Positions 27,612 to 36,483 of a DNA stretch of 58,418 bases are shown here, in pieces. The stretch covers positions 1 through 58,418 of the forward strand of contig JAUYMN010000013.1 of the NCBI GenBank assembly GCA_030699455.1, given 5' to 3'. Source of the stretch: Nanobdellota archaeon. Its GTDB lineage: Archaea > Nanobdellota > Nanobdellia > SCGC-AAA011-G17 > UBA489. The translations under genes and the position numbers were made by a program. Every line of letters starts with the position of its first letter. The first letter of the stretch is position 1. The notes under the pieces are model-generated. The model saw only the letters and a list, made by a program, of their open reading frames with translations. It made no database searches and had not been told where the DNA came from.

Positions 27612-27632
27612 ATAGAAAGTAACACGTTCACG

Positions 27633-27947
27633 ATGGAAGAAATAAATCAGGAAAATTTTCAGGAGAAAGTGCATCATTCAGAAAAGCCAGTGTTGGTGGA
27701 CTTCTGGAGTGAAGAATGTCAGCCATGCATTCAATTGGCTCCAGTACTGGAGAGAGTTGCAGAAAATTATAAGGACAAACTAAATTTCTACAAAATAAAC
27801 ATTGCAGGCAATGCAGAGATATTTACAGAACATGGTGTAAGAAGTGTTCCAACATTAATTATCTTCAAAAATGGTTCTCCTGCATCAGAATCTGTTGGCT
27901 TTAAGGATGAAAACTTTCTGTCTGATTGGATAGAAGAAAATTTATAG
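27633..27947 (+). CDS. trxA: thioredoxin with atypical CQPC active site
   Basis: VLVDFWSEECQPCIQLAPVLE...VRSVPTLIIFKNG is the thioredoxin fold pattern. The active site is EECQPC rather than WCGPC. Confidence 0.85.
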   Translation: MEEINQENFQEKVHHSEKPVLVDFWSEECQPCIQLAPVLERVAENYKDKLNFYKINIAGNAEIFTEHGVRSVPTLIIFKNGSPASESVGFKDENFLSDWIEENL

Positions 27948-28015
27948 ATCTTTCAAGTTTCTCAAATCATTCAATTTAGGATTAATTGCCATTCAGATAT
28001 CATTTGGAGAAACTA

Positions 28016-28023
28016 TTTTATAC
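28016..28023 (+). promoter_or_regulatory. TATA box (TTTTATAC)
   Basis: Ends about 21 nt before the ATG at 28044. Confidence 0.45.
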
Positions 28024-28043
28024 CCTTATTTTATCATTACCCT

Positions 28044-29840
28044 ATGGGAAGACGAATAGCAATTATTGAAGAAGATAAATGCCACCCTGAAAAGTGCGGT
28101 AATTACTTGTGTATTAGGCTTTGCCCTGTTAACAGGGAGGGGGAAGACTGCATTTCAAAAAATCAGCTGACAAAAAAGGCTACAATCGATGAAGTAACAT
28201 GCACTGGCTGTGGTATCTGCCCAAAAAGATGTCCTTTTGGAGCCATTCATATTATCAATCTTCCTGAAAAACTAGACACTTTGCCGATTCATAGATTTGG
28301 AAAAAACAATTTTGAATTATTTAACCTGCCAACAGTTAAGAAAGGCTCAGTTGTAGGAATAATAGGAAGAAACGGCATTGGAAAATCAACAGCATTTGAG
28401 ATATTATCGGGAAACTTAATACCCAACTTGGGGGATTTCAATGCCGAAGATAAAGAATTGCTGAAGGAAAGCACAATTACAAAGTACTCAAACACACAAA
28501 TGGGGGAATATTTCAGGGAGTTATATTCAAACAATATTAAAGTTTCATACAAACCGCAGAGAATAGAGCTGATTTCAAAAATATACGATGGAAAAGTTAT
28601 TGATTTGCTTAAAAGAGTTGATGAAAAGAATAAAGCTGATGAAATGATTGAATTTCTCGACTTGGAAAATGTAAAAAATAATAAACTGTCTGAATTATCT
28701 GGTGGGGAATTGCAGAAAGTTGCAATCATTGCCTCAGTAATAAAAAAAGCAGATATATACTTCTTTGACGAACCATCATCATTCTTAGATATAACCTCAA
28801 GAATAAAAGTTGCAAGACTAATACAGTCATTAAAAGAAGAAAAAGCGGCAGTTATGGTTATAGAGCATGACATTGCAACACTGGATTATATTTCCGACGA
28901 AATACAAATCCTGTATGGTGAACGTGCCTGCTATGGTGTGATGTCAATCTCAAAAGGTGTAAGAAATGGAATCAATGATTATCTAGAAGGCTATTTGCCT
29001 GAAGACAATGTCAGATTCAGGGACTATAAGATAAAATTCTCAAGGTCAATAAAAGAGCTGAATCAGGATGCAGAGTTATTAGTGTCATATAAAAATTTAA
29101 AAAAATCTTTTAAGAATTTCTCAATGGAAGTAAAAGAAGGGGAAATAAAGAAGGGAGAAGTTCTTGCAATTATGGGATCAAATGGATTGGGAAAGTCAAC
29201 TTTCCTTAATATGATATCAAACAGGCTAAAATCAGATTCTGGTGAGATAAACCTAAAGAAGAAAGATATCAATATTTCTTACAAACCACAGTATCCAGTG
29301 CCAGAGGATATCACAGTAGAGGATTATATCAAAAGGCATGCCGGTGAAGAAATGAAATCAGGATGGTATCAGCAGAACATACTCGAAAAGCTTAATCTAA
29401 AGAGTATTCTGCAAAATAATTTATTGCATCTTTCAGGCGGGGAATTGCAGAAAGTGTATGTCGCAGGATGCTTGTCAGGAGAATCCGACCTAATAATTCT
29501 TGACGAACCATCAGCATTCATTGACATAGAAGATAGGATACACTTGGCAGAAGTTATAAAAGAATTTGCACAAAAAAAAGATGCAGCATGCGTAGTAGTT
29601 GACCATGACGTTCAGTTTGTAGAATATTTGGCAGACAAGATGCTTGTGTTTCAGGGAGATCCTGGAAAAAACGGATCTGTTATTGGTCCAACGGAAAGGG
29701 AAGAAGGAATGAATCTTATACTAAAATCATTAAAGATAACATACAGAAAAGACAAGGATTCAAACAGAGCCAGAATTAACAAGCCAGATTCACAGTTGGA
29801 TAAAGAGCAGAAATCAAAAGGAAAGTACTATTTTATCTAG
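28044..29840 (+). CDS. abcE1: ABCE1 / RNase L inhibitor-type ribosome recycling ATPase
   Basis: N-terminal double 4Fe-4S ferredoxin (CHPEKCGNYLCIRLCP, CTGCGICPKRCP) followed by two ABC cassettes (GRNGIGKST, LSGGELQK; GSNGLGKST, LSGGELQK). Confidence 0.95.
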   Translation: MGRRIAIIEEDKCHPEKCGNYLCIRLCPVNREGEDCISKNQLTKKATIDEVTCTGCGICPKRCPFGAIHIINLPEKLDTLPIHRFGKNNFELFNLPTVKKGSVVGIIGRNGIGKSTAFEILSGNLIPNLGDFNAEDKELLKESTITKYSNTQMGEYFRELYSNNIKVSYKPQRIELISKIYDGKVIDLLKRVDEKNKADEMIEFLDLENVKNNKLSELSGGELQKVAIIASVIKKADIYFFDEPSSFLDITSRIKVARLIQSLKEEKAAVMVIEHDIATLDYISDEIQILYGERACYGVMSISKGVRNGINDYLEGYLPEDNVRFRDYKIKFSRSIKELNQDAELLVSYKNLKKSFKNFSMEVKEGEIKKGEVLAIMGSNGLGKSTFLNMISNRLKSDSGEINLKKKDINISYKPQYPVPEDITVEDYIKRHAGEEMKSGWYQQNILEKLNLKSILQNNLLHLSGGELQKVYVAGCLSGESDLIILDEPSAFIDIEDRIHLAEVIKEFAQKKDAACVVVDHDVQFVEYLADKMLVFQGDPGKNGSVIGPTEREEGMNLILKSLKITYRKDKDSNRARINKPDSQLDKEQKSKGKYYFI

Positions 29841-29878
29841 AATATCTTTGGATTTTTGTCATAACATATTTCAAATAA

Positions 29879-30151
29879 TTAAAGGGAGTAGCTTCCAAAG
29901 AATCCCATTTCTATTTTTCTCACTTCAACAGATTTTGTTGGAGGAACCTTAAAATCACTTGCATCCCTCACATAAGTCCTTGCTACTTCTCTAAAGTCTC
30001 CGCGTCCAATGTATATACTAATTTCACTGTCACCCTTAAAAACATAGGCTCTCAATTCGCCCTTCTTAAACCCATTATTTTCAGCTAGTTCTGATCCAAA
30101 TCTGCCCACCAAGTCATCAACGGTTTCAGTTTTTACTATTTTTCGCACCAT
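29879..30151 (-). CDS. hypothetical protein
   Basis: 90-aa ORF, no recognised motif. Confidence 0.4.
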   Translation of the reverse strand: MVRKIVKTETVDDLVGRFGSELAENNGFKKGELRAYVFKGDSEISIYIGRGDFREVARTYVRDASDFKVPPTKSVEVRKIEMGFFGSYSL

Positions 30152-30279
30152 ACTATAAAAATAAATCTGGATTTTATAAAAACTCTTGTCATGATAAAAA
30201 TACTTTCAAAAGGAACTTAATTAACACTATCTTTGCATCAAAACAAAAGCTTAATAAATTGTTATAATGTCTAAAAAAA

Positions 30280-30669
30280 ATGAAATACAGTGATGTGGCC
30301 ATCATTGAAGTGAAAGGTGGCAATACATATTTAGGCATGCATAATAATGACTGTTACAACCCGCAAAGAAAAACTGTAACTCTTTGGGGTGTCAATGAAA
30401 TTAGGTCTTCAGCATTTAACAGGGCTTTTGGAGAAGAGCTCATACATCTGGCAAATGAATCAAGTCTTGCAACAGCACTGGAGAAGAGTCATCTGGCATT
30501 AAACGCAGTTATAGCATCAGCAGGCTCAACCAAAGTAAGATTTAAATTTTCTGGAAGCATAGAGATTCCTGTAGCCGAGATAAAAGGATTTAGACCAATA
30601 ACAGAATGCCACAGACTATACAGCAGTTCATATTCAAGGGAATTAGAAAGAATAGATTTAAGCGTATGA
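30280..30669 (+). CDS. hypothetical protein
   Basis: 129-aa ORF, no recognised motif. Confidence 0.4.
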   Translation: MKYSDVAIIEVKGGNTYLGMHNNDCYNPQRKTVTLWGVNEIRSSAFNRAFGEELIHLANESSLATALEKSHLALNAVIASAGSTKVRFKFSGSIEIPVAEIKGFRPITECHRLYSSSYSRELERIDLSV

Positions 30670-30699
30670 GTCGCTAAATATTTGCAGGGCATGGTCTTT

Positions 30700-31362
30700 A
30701 TGGATGTAATAATATTATCAGGCGGAAAAGGAACACGGATGGAAGATTCGTTGCCAAAAGCAATGATACCTGTGAAAGGGAAGCCGATAATATCCCACCA
30801 AATTGATTATTTTTTAAAGCAAAAAGAAACAGAAAAAATAATACTTTCACTGGGATATAAATCTGATATTGTTGTAGATTACATAAATAAAAATTATCCA
30901 GATGAAAACATAGAATTTTCTTTGGATCCTCCAGATGGAGAGCCATTAGGAACTGGTGGAGCCATAAAGAAGGCATTGAAGCTTGTTGCAACAGACAAAG
31001 TAATAGTCCTAAATGCAGATGACATTACAAATATAAATATTAGTGAGTTGTTAAAATCAAAAGAAAACACGATATGTGCAGCGCATCCAAGGTTGCCATT
31101 CGGGATAATTCATGAAACAGAAAGCTATGCTCAATTCGAAGAAAAACCAATGTTAATGGATTTATGGGTCAGCTGTGGTTGGTATATCTTTAATAGGGAA
31201 GAGATATTAAAGCATCTTCCAGATAAGGGAAGCATAGAGTATGATACATTTCCAAATATCAAATTAAAAATATATAATCATGAAGGTTTTTGGATGGCAT
31301 TAAACGCAAAAAAGGACATTTTGGAATTTGAAGCTATAGAACTTCCAAAAGAACTGGCATAA
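30700..31362 (+). CDS. sugar-phosphate nucleotidyltransferase (NTP_transferase family)
   Basis: MDVIILSGGKGTRM...LPKAMIPV..KP signature G-x-G-T-R. Start moved to the ATG at 30700; the track start 30682 is a TTG. Confidence 0.8.
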   Translation: MDVIILSGGKGTRMEDSLPKAMIPVKGKPIISHQIDYFLKQKETEKIILSLGYKSDIVVDYINKNYPDENIEFSLDPPDGEPLGTGGAIKKALKLVATDKVIVLNADDITNINISELLKSKENTICAAHPRLPFGIIHETESYAQFEEKPMLMDLWVSCGWYIFNREEILKHLPDKGSIEYDTFPNIKLKIYNHEGFWMALNAKKDILEFEAIELPKELA

Positions 31363-31450
31363 AAAGAATAGTTTCAATTACAACTATTCAAAAAAATAAT
31401 TCTAACCATTTAAATCTTTATAAACAAAGAAGTATCCATAAATTACCAAC

Positions 31451-31497
31451 ACACAATATATAGTATTCTTATAAGAATACCATACTACACATAGTGT
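31451..31497 (+). promoter_or_regulatory. tandem NrdR boxes flanking an 18-bp perfect palindrome
   Basis: Box 1 acacaatatatagtat (31451-31466) matches acaCwAtATaTwGtgt at 15/16 positions. Box 2 atactacacatagtgt (31482-31497) matches at 13/16. They start 31 bp apart, the classic tandem spacing. Palindrome gtattcttataagaatac lies at 31463-31480. A TTTATAAA box sits at 31417-31424. Confidence 0.55.
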
Positions 31498-31516
31498 TTA
31501 CTATCAAGTGATTAAA

Positions 31517-31993
31517 ATGATATGCCCCTACTGTGCAAATGAAGAAACAAAGGTTATAGATAGCAGAGAAACAGAAAATCTCACAACAACAAGAAGAAGA
31601 AGAGAATGCATAAAATGTGAAAAAAGATTCACAACTTATGAAAGAATTGAAACAGATTTGACAGTCATAAAAAAAGACGGAAGCATTGCAAGATATAATA
31701 GAGATAAGTTAAGAAGGGGAATTTTAATGTCGTGTGAAAAAAGAAAGATAGACACGGAAGAAATTGAAAAAGCAATAAACAGGATTGAAATCAGGCTAAG
31801 ATCACTCCCCTCATCACAAATTTCATCAAGAACAATTGGAGAGCTGGCCATGAAAGAACTAAAGAGATTAGACAAAGTGGCATACATCAGATTTGCATCA
31901 GTATATAGGGACTTTGAAGACATAAAATCATTCGAAGAGGAACTGGTCAAACTTAAAGGACGGGGTGCTAAAAAATGGAAACAAATAATCTAA
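31517..31993 (+). CDS. nrdR: transcriptional repressor NrdR (Zn ribbon + ATP-cone)
   Basis: MICPYCANEETKVIDSRE....RRRRECIKCEKRFTTYE ... LDKVAYIRFASVYRDFEDI aligns along its full length with bacterial NrdR. The ATG at 31517 is preferred over the GTG at 31508. Confidence 0.92.
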   Translation: MICPYCANEETKVIDSRETENLTTTRRRRECIKCEKRFTTYERIETDLTVIKKDGSIARYNRDKLRRGILMSCEKRKIDTEEIEKAINRIEIRLRSLPSSQISSRTIGELAMKELKRLDKVAYIRFASVYRDFEDIKSFEEELVKLKGRGAKKWKQII

Positions 31994-33801
31994 AATTTTC
32001 AGACAACGCTATACAGGTATTAGAAAGAAGATATCTATTGAGGGGAATAGATGGGAAATTAATAGAATCCCCAAAACAAATGGTAAGAAGAATAGCCCAT
32101 AATATAGCACAGGCAGAAAATAAGTATGGCGCATCTCAGGAAGAAGTTAATGAAGTTGAAGAAGCATTCTACAATCTGATTGCAAACTTAGATTTTATGC
32201 CAAATACACCAACTATAATGAATGCAGGGACAGGAATACAGCAGTTAAGTGCATGCTTCGTACTTCCGGTGGAAGACTCAATGGAGGGAATATACAATAC
32301 CCTAAAACATGCCGCATTAATCCATAAATCAGGCGGAGGAACAGGATTTTCATTCTCAAGACTTAGGCCACAGAACGACTTGGTAAAAACAACTTCAGGA
32401 GTAGCCTCAGGTCCAATATCTTTCATGAAGGTCTTCGATGCATCAACAGATGTTATAAAACAGGGTGGAAAAAGACGTGGGGCAAATATGGGCATTCTAA
32501 GAGTAGACCACCCAGATATAATGCAGTTTATTGATATAAAAGCAGATATGAAAACACTAACCAATTTTAATATTTCAGTAGCAGCTACAAACAAATTTAT
32601 GCAGGCAGTCAAGAATGACACAGATTATGAGTTAATAAGCCCGCGTTCAAAGCAGGTTTGCGGGACATTAAATGCAAGAGAAGTGTTTCAAAAAATATTG
32701 GAAAATGCATGGAAAAATGGAGACCCTGGATTTATTTTCATAGACGAGATTAACAAGTTTCATCCTGGAAAAAACGTAGGCGAGATAGAATCAACTAATC
32801 CTTGCGGCGAACAGCCATTATTGCCGTATGAATCATGTAATTTAGGTTCAATCAACTTAAACAATTTTGTTAATTCAGAAAAAACAGATGTAAATTGGAA
32901 CAAGCTAAGAGAATGTATAAGATTGTGTGTAAGATTCTTGGACAATGTAATCGACATGAATAATTATCCAATAGAAGAATTGGATATCATGGCAAAAAAA
33001 ACAAGAAAGATTGGTCTGGGAATAATGGGCTTTGCGGATATTCTTTACGAGCTTAATATTCCTTACAATTCAGAAAAGGGAATACAGATGGCAGAAAGTG
33101 TAATGCAGTTTATTAAAGATGAATCATATGCTATGTCTGGAGAATTAGCAGAGTCAAGAGGAGTTTATCCGGCATGGGAGGGTTCTGATCATTTTAAAGA
33201 AGGTAGAAAAATGAGAAACACATGCACAACAACAATAGCACCTACAGGTACCATCGGCATGATAGCAGAAGCTTCAGGTGGATGTGAACCAGCATTTGCA
33301 ATATCTTACATAAAAAATGTAATGGATGGAACAGAGTTAATATATACAAACAGAATTTTTGAAAGAGTTGCAAAAGAAAGAGGATTTTATTCAGAAGAAT
33401 TGATGAGGAAAATAGCAAAGATAGGGACAATACAAAACATTGAGGAAATACCTCGCGAAATAAGAAATGTATTCGTAACTGCACAGGACATCTCGCCAGA
33501 GTGGCACATTAAAATGCAGGCAGCATTCCAGAAGCATGTTGACTCTTCAATTTCAAAGACCATAAACTTCTCAAACTCCGCAACTATGGAAGACATAGAC
33601 AAATCGTATATGCTGGCATGGGAATTGGGCTGCAAGGGAATAACAATATACAGGGACGGGAGCAGGGATAATCAGGTTCTTAATATTGGTGAGGTAAAAG
33701 GAAAAGAAAAAGCGCTGGAAATCAAGCAGGAAACTACAAAAGATGGATCTGCCTGTGAGATATCTATAGAAGAAGGCAGGATAGTGAAGTCTTGTGAATA
33801 A
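31975..33801 (+). CDS. nrdJ: class II (adenosylcobalamin-dependent) ribonucleotide reductase, no ATP-cone, canonical active site
   Basis: 608 aa with LSACFVLP, SGGGTGFSFSRLRP, STNPCGEQPLLPYESCNLGSINL and a C-terminal tail carrying two Cys (SACEISIEEGRIVKSCE). Overlaps nrdR by 19 nt. Confidence 0.92.
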   Translation: METNNLKFSDNAIQVLERRYLLRGIDGKLIESPKQMVRRIAHNIAQAENKYGASQEEVNEVEEAFYNLIANLDFMPNTPTIMNAGTGIQQLSACFVLPVEDSMEGIYNTLKHAALIHKSGGGTGFSFSRLRPQNDLVKTTSGVASGPISFMKVFDASTDVIKQGGKRRGANMGILRVDHPDIMQFIDIKADMKTLTNFNISVAATNKFMQAVKNDTDYELISPRSKQVCGTLNAREVFQKILENAWKNGDPGFIFIDEINKFHPGKNVGEIESTNPCGEQPLLPYESCNLGSINLNNFVNSEKTDVNWNKLRECIRLCVRFLDNVIDMNNYPIEELDIMAKKTRKIGLGIMGFADILYELNIPYNSEKGIQMAESVMQFIKDESYAMSGELAESRGVYPAWEGSDHFKEGRKMRNTCTTTIAPTGTIGMIAEASGGCEPAFAISYIKNVMDGTELIYTNRIFERVAKERGFYSEELMRKIAKIGTIQNIEEIPREIRNVFVTAQDISPEWHIKMQAAFQKHVDSSISKTINFSNSATMEDIDKSYMLAWELGCKGITIYRDGSRDNQVLNIGEVKGKEKALEIKQETTKDGSACEISIEEGRIVKSCE

Positions 33802-33841
33802 AACAACAAGATTTATATCTATTATGGCACGCAGTTAAGTA

Positions 33842-35878
33842 ATGGACACAGAGCCAAATTTCACAAAAATAAAGAAAAGAGACGGAGTAATATCAGAGTT
33901 TGACATATCCAAGATATCAAAAGTTATATTCAGAGCAGCCACAGCAATAGGTGGGAAAGATGATAATCTTGCTAATGCACTCGCCATAAAGGTTCTTGAG
34001 GAATTAAATAAGAATTTTAGTAATAAGGATATCCCAACAGTAGAAGACATTCAAGATGCAGTTGAAAGAGTATTGATAGACAGTGGTCATGTGAGAACAG
34101 CAAAGGCATTTATCCTTTACAGGGACAGCAAAAGCAAATTAAGGGAAGAAAAATTATCTTTAGTCGGAACAACAGAAAAAAATAAATTATCAATTAATGC
34201 AATACGTCTTCTTAAGGAAAGGTATTTATTGAAAGACAAAGAAGGAAAAGTCAAAGAAACGCCAAATGAAATGTTTAGGCGTGTTGCAAAAAATATATCT
34301 TCAGCAGAAAAATTCTACAAAAAGGATTCAAAAGAATTAGAAGAAAAGTTTTACAATATGATGTATAATCTCGATTTCTTGCCAAACACACCAGCGTTAA
34401 TGAATGCAGGAACAAAAATACAGCAGTTAGTTTCTTGTTTTGTTTTGCCAGTTAATGACAGTATTGGTGAAATATTCAAATCATTGTCATTGGCAATGGA
34501 TATACAAAAAACAGGTGCTGGAACAGGGTTTGCATTCTCAAATTTAAGACACAGAGGCGCAACAATAAGTAGAAATGGATTCACTTCAAGTGGGCCAATA
34601 CCCTTCATGAAGGTATTTAACGAAGCAACCTCAGCATTGAAAGATGGTGGAACTAAACGCGGGGCAAACATGGGCGTTTTAAGGGTGGACCACCCAGACA
34701 TAATTGAATTTATACACTTAAAAGAAAAAGATGGAGACATGATTAATTTTAATATCTCTGTTGGTGTTACAGATGAATTTATGAGTGCAGTGCAAAAGCA
34801 GGAAGACTTTGACCTAAAAGACCCATTAACAAGGGAAACGGTAAGCACAGTAAGCGCAAGATACATTTGGGATTTATTTGTTGCATCTGCCTGGAAGAAT
34901 GGTGATCCAGGTATTTTATTTTTAGACAGAATTAACAAGGACAATGTATCAAAGATAGAAAGTATAACTGCAACAAGTCCTTGTGCAGAAGCACCAATAC
35001 TTTCAAATGAATCATGTGTTTTAGGAAGTATAAATTTAGGGAACTTTGTAATTAAAGAAGAAGAAAGAAAAATAGATTGGAAAAGATTGAAAGAAACAAT
35101 CCAGCTTGCAGTTAATTTTTTAGATAATGCAATAGATATGAATAATTACCCTTCAAAAGAATTAGAAAAAAAAGCAAAAAAGTTTAGGCGCATTGGTTTA
35201 GGAGTAATGGGTTATGCAGACATGCTTGCAAAGTTAAGAATACCATATAATTCTGATAATGGAATAGAAACTGGTGAAAAATTAATAAAATTTATCAAAA
35301 AAGAAGCAGACAATGCATCTGAAGAGTTGGCAAAAGAAAGAGGAACATATCCACAATGGAAAAAGGTAAAGAAAAATTCAAGAAGAAAGATGCGTAATGC
35401 AACAAGGTTAAGCATAGCACCAACAGGCTCAATAAGCATGATAGCAGACTGCTCATGCGGGATAGAACCACTATTTGCTATTTCATATGTAAAAAGGGTT
35501 ATGGGTGGCAAACAGTTCTTTTACGTTGATGGTAATTTTAAAGATGCTTTGAAAGAGAATAATATCTATAAAGAAGAAATTATTGATAAAATAGTCAATC
35601 AGGCTTCAATAAAACATATCAAAGAAATACCCTTGAAGTTAAGAAAAGTATTCAATGTAGCCCATGACATAACTCCAGATTGGCACATAAACATGCAGGC
35701 AGTATTCCAGGAAAGTGTGGATAATGCAATTTCAAAAACAGTTAACTTTCCATGCCATGCAACAATGAAAGATATTGAAAAAGTTTATCTTCATGCATGG
35801 AAAAATAAATGCAAAGGAATAACAATTTACAGAGATGGTAGCAAAAATAATCAAGTAGTTCAATTGAATTTTAGGTAA
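33842..35878 (+). CDS. nrdJ: class II RNR paralog with N-terminal ATP-cone and divergent active-site finger
   Basis: 678 aa. ATP-cone at about aa 8-96 (KKRDGVISEFDISKISKVIF...FILYRD). VSCFVLP, TGAGTGFAFSNLR. Finger ATSPCAEAPILSNESCVLGSINL has Ser where Asn is expected. No Cys in the C-terminal tail. Confidence 0.88.
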   Translation: MDTEPNFTKIKKRDGVISEFDISKISKVIFRAATAIGGKDDNLANALAIKVLEELNKNFSNKDIPTVEDIQDAVERVLIDSGHVRTAKAFILYRDSKSKLREEKLSLVGTTEKNKLSINAIRLLKERYLLKDKEGKVKETPNEMFRRVAKNISSAEKFYKKDSKELEEKFYNMMYNLDFLPNTPALMNAGTKIQQLVSCFVLPVNDSIGEIFKSLSLAMDIQKTGAGTGFAFSNLRHRGATISRNGFTSSGPIPFMKVFNEATSALKDGGTKRGANMGVLRVDHPDIIEFIHLKEKDGDMINFNISVGVTDEFMSAVQKQEDFDLKDPLTRETVSTVSARYIWDLFVASAWKNGDPGILFLDRINKDNVSKIESITATSPCAEAPILSNESCVLGSINLGNFVIKEEERKIDWKRLKETIQLAVNFLDNAIDMNNYPSKELEKKAKKFRRIGLGVMGYADMLAKLRIPYNSDNGIETGEKLIKFIKKEADNASEELAKERGTYPQWKKVKKNSRRKMRNATRLSIAPTGSISMIADCSCGIEPLFAISYVKRVMGGKQFFYVDGNFKDALKENNIYKEEIIDKIVNQASIKHIKEIPLKLRKVFNVAHDITPDWHINMQAVFQESVDNAISKTVNFPCHATMKDIEKVYLHAWKNKCKGITIYRDGSKNNQVVQLNFR

Positions 35879-35880
35879 TA

Positions 35881-36483
35881 ATGATGTCTGAAAGAAAAGG
35901 ACTTGTTCAAGTTTACACGGGGGAAGGAAAAGGAAAAACAACTGCATCCCTAGGTTTAGCACTGAGAGCCTTGGGGCACAACCTTTCAGTTTATATGATC
36001 CAATTCATGAAAGGTGGTGACACTGGAGAAATGTTTGCTATACAAAGATACCTGCCTAACTTCACATTAGTCCAGTTTGGAAAAGATGCATTAAAAGAAA
36101 AACAATTGAAAATGGTTTCTTTTGATTCAAAAGAAAAAAAAGAAAATAAGTTGACAGAAAAAGAAAGATACATCTTTTTATCAGATAAAGCTGAATCAGA
36201 GCCATCAAGAATGGGGCTTGAGCATGCAAAAAAGATCATCAATGCAGGACAACATGATATTGTTATTTTAGATGAGATTAATTGTGTCTTAGCAAGAAAA
36301 ATGATTCCAATTGATGAAACAATAGAATTAATAAAAAACAGGCCACCACACGTAGAAATAGTCCTCACAGGCAGAGATGCACCAGCAGAAATAATAGATA
36401 TGGCAGACCAAGTTAGCGAATCAAAGAAAATAAAACATCCTTATGATAAAGGAATTTTGGCAAGAAAGGGTATAGAATATTAA
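35881..36483 (+). CDS. cobA: ATP:cob(I)alamin adenosyltransferase (CobA/BtuR/CobO type)
   Basis: GLVQVYTGEGKGKTTASLGLALRALGH P-loop, ILDEINCV, HVEIVLTGRDAP..IDMADQVSE..KIKHPYDKGI..RKGIEY. Aligns with BtuR along its length. Begins 3 nt after the nrdJ-paralog stop. Confidence 0.88.
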   Translation: MMSERKGLVQVYTGEGKGKTTASLGLALRALGHNLSVYMIQFMKGGDTGEMFAIQRYLPNFTLVQFGKDALKEKQLKMVSFDSKEKKENKLTEKERYIFLSDKAESEPSRMGLEHAKKIINAGQHDIVILDEINCVLARKMIPIDETIELIKNRPPHVEIVLTGRDAPAEIIDMADQVSESKKIKHPYDKGILARKGIEY

